From NCBI RefSeq assembly GCF_009914755.1, contig NC_060940.1: a stretch of DNA of 64,000 nucleotides, one strand, 5' to 3'. Below are positions 56,050 to 64,000 of the stretch, piece after piece. The position numbers and the translations under genes are program-made. This stretch comes from the human T2T-CHM13v2.0 reference genome, Homo sapiens. Every line of letters begins with the position of its first letter. Position 1 is the stretch's first letter. Under the pieces are notes generated by a model that was given only the letters and a program-made list of their open reading frames with translations, had not been told where the DNA came from and made no database searches.

Positions 56050-56420
56050 AGTGGGAACAGGGTGGAGCCCAAGGGAAGTGCTTCAGAAGCCACTTACTGC
56101 CTGCATGACTTTGACCAAGTTACTTAACCTCTCTGAGCCTAGTTTTCACATCCGTACAATGGGAGGGGTACCTGTGGCTTGTTCAGGAAACAAGTTTCCC
56201 AAGCATGATGTCGTGGTTTAAGGCATGGACAACCCAGCTTTGGGCAATAGCCCCTGACTTTACTTTCTGTATGAGCAAGTGCCTTGAGCCTTTGTTTCCT
56301 TGTCTATAAAATGGGAATGATATTATTAGCGTTGTGAGGATCAAATGGCAAAAGTGTTTAAAATAAAGTCTGGCACATAATAAGTGTTCAAAAAACACTA
56401 GTAATTTATTGCTATTGTTA
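56050..56420 (+). mobile_element. two MIR fragments
   Basis: caagttacttaacctctctgagcct; gttgtgaggatcaaatg...tggcacataataagtgttcaa. Confidence 0.78.
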
Positions 56421-57734
56421 CTGTTGGCATTGTTAATAGGGTCTGTCTGGTTTTTGTAGGCGAGTAGTGGATACTAATGTTGAGTTGAAGGTCATATGAT
56501 GGAAATATTTAAATGTTGAGCTAAGAAATTTGGATTTAAGGAACCAACTTTTGGGATAAAGGAACCTAAGGGGCCATTTCATTCAACTCACTCAAGCTTC
56601 GGGTGTAAAACCAGGGTCTCAGGCAGAGAATGTAGGTTGCTCAAGGCCCTACTGTGGCTGATCTATAACCAAGAAGGGGCAAATTGACAGGTACATCAAT
56701 GGCCATCAGTGGGGAGGCTTTCCTCCAAGAAGGGCCCAGATTAGAGCCTTATTGCTTGTGTCTAGAATCCTTCCCAATGGACCTGGATAAAGGTACTTTT
56801 CACATTCCCATGCAAACACATTAAGCCCACGTAGGACCATTGACACTTTAGTATGAATTAGTTTATATGAAGATTTACAATGTGCTGGCTAGTTGAAGGA
56901 AGGGCCCTGCTGGGAAGGTCAATGGGCAGATGCATCATGATATATGGTAGAGGTTGAACCTTGGGTCTATCTAAATTAGCTCAGTGTGGTGGGGATAGGG
57001 CAGCTGAGAAGCCAGAAGGCAGCTTGAGGACTGTCCCTCCTAACTTCTCCGGGACACCAAATAAATGTCTCATACCTCCTTACAGTTCAGCCAAGACATT
57101 TATAATTTGGAATCTATTCACTTTTGGGCAGAGAGTCCTCATCCTTCCTGATCACTCAGAACCAAAAAATGCTCTAAAAATGTGGTCAGTGGGGCCTTAA
57201 CCTCAGAGGCCCATTTGCAAATAGGCCAGTGCATTGGGTGAAAGCACGTCCCCAACCCGCAGCATCTCTGGGTTACATTATTATTGCATTCATTTGTTCA
57301 GCTCTGCCTTCAACCAGAAAGGACTTTGAGCAATTTATAAGGAGAAGTTAAATAAAACAAGATGGTCTCCCTATCTCTCCTCTCTCACCCTCCTTACCTT
57401 GAAGAGCAAAGGAAGGGGGAAAAAATTAGAGTAGGGTAGAATGTTCAATGAGGACTGAGGCCAAAAAGGGCAGTCCATTAATTCACGAAGCTTACCTAAC
57501 AGTACGCACATCTGACTTGATCCTGGGAGCAATTTCAGCCTTTCTGGAAACATTGATGTAATCTGCTTCCCTGACCAATCCTCTAAACACCATCAGTGTT
57601 ATTGGTACTAATGAAAAAACAGCTGAAGTGGAGACAGAGGTGTATAGTTGTTTCCTCAGTCAACTCCACCATGATCATTGAACCTCCTTCTCCTAAGAGG
57701 CGGCTGCCTCCCAATGGGCTATCTCTTCATTTCA

Positions 57735-57860
57735 TTGCTTTATTCTTTCCATGCGTATTTATAGGATGCCTACTGCGTGTCTGCATTCCTCTGGGCTTTG
57801 GGAATGCAAGGGTTAACAAAACTGTCCCAGATCCTCACTGGGTAGAGCTTACCGTCTAGT
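57735..57860 (-). mobile_element. L2 3' end
   Basis: tatttataggatgcctactgcgtg...aacaaaactgtccc...gagcttaccgtctagt. Confidence 0.65.
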
Positions 57861-57882
57861 GTGTGTGTTTGCACGGCATCTA

Positions 57883-58225
<343 letters not shown>

Positions 58226-58319
58226 TATTAATGCTAAGAAATTCTCCAGGACCTCAGCTTGTATGAATATAAGAAAGGTGCTTTGGAGCGGGAGTGCAGC
58301 AGGCAGGAACACGTGAAGG

Positions 58320-58790
58320 CTTCAAGTATTTTCAACAGAGGGAAATTAACACAGGGATCACTGACAGAGAGAGGAAGAGCTGAGTTGCCAAGCGGGGGAC
58401 AGTGAAGTCACTTGGAGATCAGTAGCAGCTGGATGCAGCCACCACTCCCATCCCTCCAGACTGGCGGGACAAAGGGGTGAGGCTATGTCTCTGAACTCCA
58501 GGGATCAGGATCAGCTTGTGGAGGCTGCAGGCATGCCTGGCTCTCTGGAAGGAGCCTGAGCCACAGATGGGATTCAGTTTCTTCTGAAAACCATCCAAAG
58601 CAAAGAGAACACTGGGAGAAATACCCTGACTTTTCCCTGCTTTCACCCTGCAGACTCCCACCGAGGCCTCTTATCAGCTAATTCCACTGAGAAGCCAGCC
58701 TTTCTGGGAGTCTAGGATCCACAGAAAGCTTGCAGGGTCAGCCCCCTCTCTCTTCCCCACTATGGGGTAGAGCAGGAGGATGATCCATAG
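58320..58790. mobile_element. old ERVL-class LTR (LTR67B-like; subfamily uncertain)
   Basis: ttcaacagagggaaattaacacaggga...ggaagagctgag...ggggacagtgaag...gggacaaagggg. Confidence 0.5.
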
Positions 58791-58875
58791 ATCTGTTTAC
58801 GAAGCAGGCCACTGGCCATGGAAGGAATCACTGGACAAGATGTTATATGAGAGCCCGGTATAGAAACTCACCCTA

Positions 58876-59194
<319 letters not shown>

Positions 59195-59339
59195 CTAATG
59201 GTCAAGGGGAATAGCAAAATTCAATGCCAGGTTCTCCTGGAAGAATAACAACAACGACAATGGCAATGATCACCACCACCACCATAGAACGCCTTCCCCA
59301 ATTATAAATATCTATGTGTGCACACTTACTCAAAGGGCT

Positions 59340-59470
59340 GTCATTGGGCCATTTTGTAGATGAGGAAACTGAGGCTGAGCAAAGGCAACTCATTTGTCCA
59401 AGGTCATAGGGTGAGCAAGAAGCAGGACCAGAATGTTGAATTGCAGTCTGTCAACCACTGAGCCCTGAAC
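59340..59470 (-). mobile_element. MIR
   Basis: ccattttgtagatgaggaaactgaggct. Confidence 0.8.
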
Positions 59471-61099
59471 CTTGATGCTCCTAGGGCAATGGACTCTAGA
59501 GCAAAGCCAGCCCCTAGCATCGGGCATCCTTGGGAAGAAAAGGCAGCTTTTGCAGGACTTAAGGATGAGATCAAGACCTATAGGAAAAGCCTCTTCTGAA
59601 CACCAGTCCACACTCCAAGTAGCATCTGAGCATCTGGAGCTGGCCAAAGGCCTGAGGAATGGGCCAATGGGCTATTGGCAAGACCATGGCACGGGTGCCC
59701 AGAGGGCTCGAGCCAGTGATTCAAAGATCAATGTGTGCTCATTTCAAAATATATAGTGGGTGTCCCCAGTGCTGGGATGCCTCTGCTCTGCCTTCAGGCT
59801 CTGGGTGGCTGGGTTGGATGGGGCTGGATCCCTCCCTGGGATCTTCCTGGCTGGTCTCTCCTTTGGGGCCTTCAGATGTTGCTCTGAGGCTGTTTGGTGT
59901 CAACAGGGGGCCTGGCACTGGGGAGCTGAGAATGGCTCCTTTCCTGCCCCTGGAACTCTCAGCATTCCGCCCAGGTCTGTGAATTATCTAAACTGGGAAG
60001 GGAGGGGGCAGGCAGCATCCAGCCACAAGGATCAGGCATTTCTTTGAGGACACATCCTCATGGCCCCTGCCTGGAGGTCTTCAGAAATTCCTAGATGCCG
60101 AGCGTGAGCCATGCCATCTTGAGACTACCAGATTGTCAAAAGAAGAAAAGTCAAGTAAAGGTGGGGACCTGGGGGTGGGGTGGGGGCCTCAGCGACTTTC
60201 CTTGGAGGGCCATGTCACCAAGTTTCTGCTGTGGCTTTCACACTTTGTAATAGTCAGGCCTCCATATGTTACAGCGTTCTTTGCAGCCTGGGACCCTGGG
60301 TTTATCACTCCCTAATCTCAGTTTAATTGCTGTGGTCAATTTACCCTGCACTTAATAACCCACAGCTTGGTGTATTGTTTAATATGGTTGACACACACTT
60401 TGCTTAAATGTCAGCACTGGCCAGGTCTGGGGACTTGGCAGGCTCCCTGGGAGAGATGGCAGAGGAGCAGCGTCATCTGCCCAGCATCTGGGGCGCTGGT
60501 ATGTTGGCTGCAACTTTTCTTGGCTTGAGGGCTCAGCCACTGCCCAGTGCTGAGCTATGGGATGGGAACTGCCATCTCTGCCTGGATCTGGGGCCCACTC
60601 AGCCCTGATCTGCTTTCCTCTTGCTGCCTCCCGCGTGGGGGCCAGTGGAGAAGGGGTGTTGGAAGGCAGCATCCTCAGCTTGGAAAGTGTGTTGAGTCCA
60701 GGCACAGACCGGGAACCCTGAAGCCCCAGAGCTATGTGTGGGCTGCTCCTGGTTGTGTGTTTGTGACAGAGACCCTAGGGGCAGCTGTTGGGTAAATATC
60801 ACACTCTGCTTGAGGGACTGTAAGTGACATCAATGATGGCAGCTGTGCCACAATGCTCTGCTCACCAACCACCCTGCCATGGTTAGCATCAACTGGCAAA
60901 CTGGATACGTTTTTGCCACTTACTGAACTTCCACTCCTTCTGCTTCTGATGGACTAAATGGTCGAAAAGATGCCTATTGAGGTGGCCTCCCAGCTCCCTG
61001 TGATGCCCCAATGCAACTTTCTATGGAAACTGCCCTTCAATCCACAGAGCAAGGACACTGGGTAGTGCTGTTGGCATTTGGTGTTTCCGTCTCCCTGGC

Positions 61100-61520
61100 A
61101 GGAGCCCTGACCCAACCGGGGCTGATCGCCTCTCTCCTGGAGATGAGGAATTCAAGTCCAATAGACAGCATGGCAGTATCTATGGGTGCCCAAGGCAGTA
61201 TCTACTATGGGGCAGTATCTGTGATAACTCATAGACTTGGGAGCTGCATTTTGCCACATGGACCAGATTGCAGAGGAAGCTAACTTGCAGGGCATGTGCG
61301 AAGAATATGTGCAGAGACAGGCAGGCAAGAGGAAAAGAGAGAGACAGAGCTACTCTCGGAGGCTCTCTAGTTCCAGGTTCCAGTCTCTCCCAGAGGAGCA
61401 GCGTTTTCCTGTCTTTGGCTTCTCTGAGACACTCTGGAGCCTTGTGATAAATTCCCCCTTTTAAGGTAAGTAATTTGGGTTGGATTTGTCACTTTCAAGC
61501 AGAAGCTCTGCCTCAAACAA
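61100..61520 (+). mobile_element. old MLT1-type LTR
   Basis: ttgccacatggacc...gataaattccccctttt...tgggttggatttgtcactttcaa. Confidence 0.55.
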
Positions 61521-61997
61521 CGATGTTGTCCTCTGCACTGAGCTGGCGTGTGCTGAAGCCTGATCCTAATACTAAGTTGTGTTTGGCATATGATTTTTGG
61601 GGAGAATGTGGGAGTCTGTTAAGGGCTGTATTGGCTTTGGGTGAGAGGAGTTTGTTCCTAGGGCTGGAGTGTTGCTCTGACTGCCTCATCTTGCATGAGT
61701 TCCTCCTGCCACCCCTGACATTCAAGCTATTGCAGGAATCCTGTGTCTGTGCCCTAGGCCATAGCCTGGGGAGTTTGCTCCAGTCTCTGGTCTGGTTCCA
61801 CCATCCAGGTGATGAATGCCAGGTAATGAATGCCCCTTCCAGGCTGTTTTGGAAACTCGGGCTTATCCTGGAGTACCTGAAAGCCAGCTTGGGAGCCTCT
61901 TCTCCAAGGACATTTTCTCCTCCGGGCTCAGCCCCTGGGTACAGCCAGGCTGATCCTCTCCACCCTGAGACAGCTCATCCTTCAGGCCTGGTGGGCA

Positions 61998-62254
61998 CAG
62001 GGTCTAGGCTTATGGTGCATCTAGGGGCCCAGGAAAATGTCTAAATGTTAATTTCTTTCAAAATTAGAAGAAAAAAAAGACTAAAATAATAATAAAGGTA
62101 TAATAATGAATCCAGCCTGGAACCTATTTGTCCATTTGTCTTTATACCAACAGAGTTGTAAAATATGTTTTGTTATTATTTTTTTTAATGGAGGAAGAGG
62201 CTTACAAGGGCAAAAGTGCTTGAGGCCTACAAACAATGTTACAATGTGGCTCTG
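61998..62254. mobile_element. MER96B-like (hAT-Tip100)
   Basis: ggcccaggaaaatg...aaaattagaagaaaaa...tttataccaac...atggaggaagagg...aatgtggctctg. Confidence 0.7.
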
Positions 62255-62684
62255 TCTACACTCCCCTGCTCCTAAGTGTATATGGAGAGATCAGCTTCCT
62301 GGGGACCCTAGATGGAGCCCTCTACAAAAGCAGGTAGACGTGCCCTAGATTGTTTGGGGGGGTGGGTCTCTAGGAAGGACAGTGCCTCCTGCTGCTCTGG
62401 TTGGGGGAGCAGTTGTCGAATAGGGGACCAACCTGCTGATCTGGGGTCATTATTTTTTATCAGCTTGGATTGAGCTGAAAGTTCAACCAAGAAGAGGCTT
62501 GAGCCCAAGGCCCGAAGACACTGAATTCTGAATCTGGAGGGACAATCAGCCCAGAGGTGTGACCATCAGTCATAGAAGAGCATCAGGCACTTGACCCCTG
62601 CCCTGACCCCTTGCAGGCTGGAACTAGGCACTGCCCTGCCTCCTCTCTATCCCAGCAACCACAGAACTTCATGCGAGCTGTCCA

Positions 62685-62890
62685 GCGCTGAGCTTGTCAT
62701 ATGCATTCTTGCATTCAGTTAGCCTGGGAGTCCTGCAAGGTGGATGGGTGCTCTTAATGGTGCCATTTTATAGACACAGAAGCTGAAGCTCAGGGACAAG
62801 AAGAAGTTGGGCCCAGTTCAGAAAGCTGGTAAGTGGCAAGGCCAGGATTTGAATTCAGGTCTGGCTGACCCCAGAGCCTATGCTTCCCTC
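62685..62890 (-). mobile_element. MIR
   Basis: ccattttatagacacagaagctgaagctcag...ccaggatttgaattcaggtctggctgac. Confidence 0.78.
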
Positions 62891-63284
62891 ACACTCCAGT
62901 CCCCAACCAGAAGGCTGGCCAGAAATGGAGGGGCAGGACCCCCCGCCAAGGAAGCTGCCTGGTGTCAGGTGGCATTTCTAAGGTGAGGTACAAAAGTGGC
63001 ATCCTGGAGGTTTGCCAAAAGGTGACTTCTGAGGGGTACAAAAAGTAAATTTTCTCTTTTCTTCCATATGTAGGCATATAAGGAAACATAGAGACTTTAC
63101 ACACCAAACTTCCTAGGTATTCCTGCTAGAGTATGGTCTATATGTTTTTAAACCTATAGATTTAAATGTATGATTTAAATAAAAAGATGAAGAAAATAAA
63201 GGTACAGATGACCTATAAGTAAAGCAAAAAACCAAAAACCAAACAAAACCAACTGTAAATACTGGTCTGTGAGAGAGAGGTGTA

Positions 63285-63450
63285 AACCTTTAATCAGAAT
63301 CTTTGGGTTTGAGTTATTTTATGAGCTGTATGGCCTTAGTAAGATTCTTCAGCTCTGAGACTCAGCTCCCTCATCTGTAGAATGGGAAGGGTCATTGTAA
63401 AGATGCAAAGGAGATCTTTGCATCTTCACCGTAGATGCTGTGCCAAGCTC
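63285..63450 (+). mobile_element. MIR
   Basis: ctctgagactcagctccctcatctgtagaatggg. Confidence 0.7.
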
Positions 63451-64000
63451 TGTTTAGATCCATAGGGAAGTGGGTCAGGGAGACCCCTGGTAAAGTGTTT
63501 CTTGCTGCAACTCTCAGGCAGGCAGTGGGAAAGGCATTTTTGAATGAGAAAGACCGTGGAAGGGCTAGGTTTGGAACTGGGAGTTCTCTGGGCTGGATTC
63601 TGCTCAGGACCTACACCAGACTGGGCCTCCCAAGTAACATGATACACATCTGTTTAATTGGACATGAGTCTTAATGGCCAAAATTACCTGTAACATTAGC
63701 TTCTTTCACAGCTGTGCCCTCTGCTGGGGTTGGTGCCAGTTCCGAAGCCAGGCCCTGATGGGGTAGACTGTCAGCGGGCCCGAGAGCTCAGCACAGTGAC
63801 TTGGACAGGGGGCGAGGTACAAGGGCTGGGAACTCACACATTGGTGCCATGACCTCTCAACTTGCTTTTCCCAGGATGGTCCTAGCCCCTTGTCTCAGCC
63901 ACTCCAATTTCTCCCTGAAGAAGACTTCTCTGGTTAAAAATGTTGGAAAAAGCTTCATTTTCCTGAAATCACCTCAGGTCCTGGAAGGCAGGGCCTCTGC

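Noticed and set aside
61475-62044. 189-aa ORF
   Set aside because: Non-ATG start, begins in an LTR and ends in a DNA transposon, no homology recognised

Overview
Non-coding primate genomic DNA, most likely human (AluJ/S/Y, MIR, L2, MST/THE1/MLT1 LTRs, MER20/30/44/58/96 DNA transposons, L1M/HAL1 relics). I find no credible protein-coding exon, RNA gene or processed pseudogene; the long ORFs are Alu-, microsatellite- or chance-derived. Between the repeats are about 10 blocks with no recognisable repeat and dense homeodomain, FOX, SOX, POU and PBX/MEIS motifs, some CpG-enriched. This layout suggests a gene desert or giant intron of a developmental regulator (inference; locus not identified). The most unusual structures seen directly are two short local inverted duplications about 6 kb apart: 30796-31256 vs 31585-31735 (71/81 ungapped core) and 37968-38047 vs 38949-39028 (69/80 ungapped). 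Each involves L2 sequence and each has an Alu inserted in one arm. Also notable: a triple PBX-HOX plus MEIS motif array (48147-48307), two 1-nt-spacer palindromes in an enhancer-like block (32871, 33300), a trimeric Alu, a (TG)11(CG)7 Z-DNA tract and an orphan CpG-rich FOX/GATA cluster. Repeat subfamily calls are from memory of consensus sequences and boundaries are approximate.
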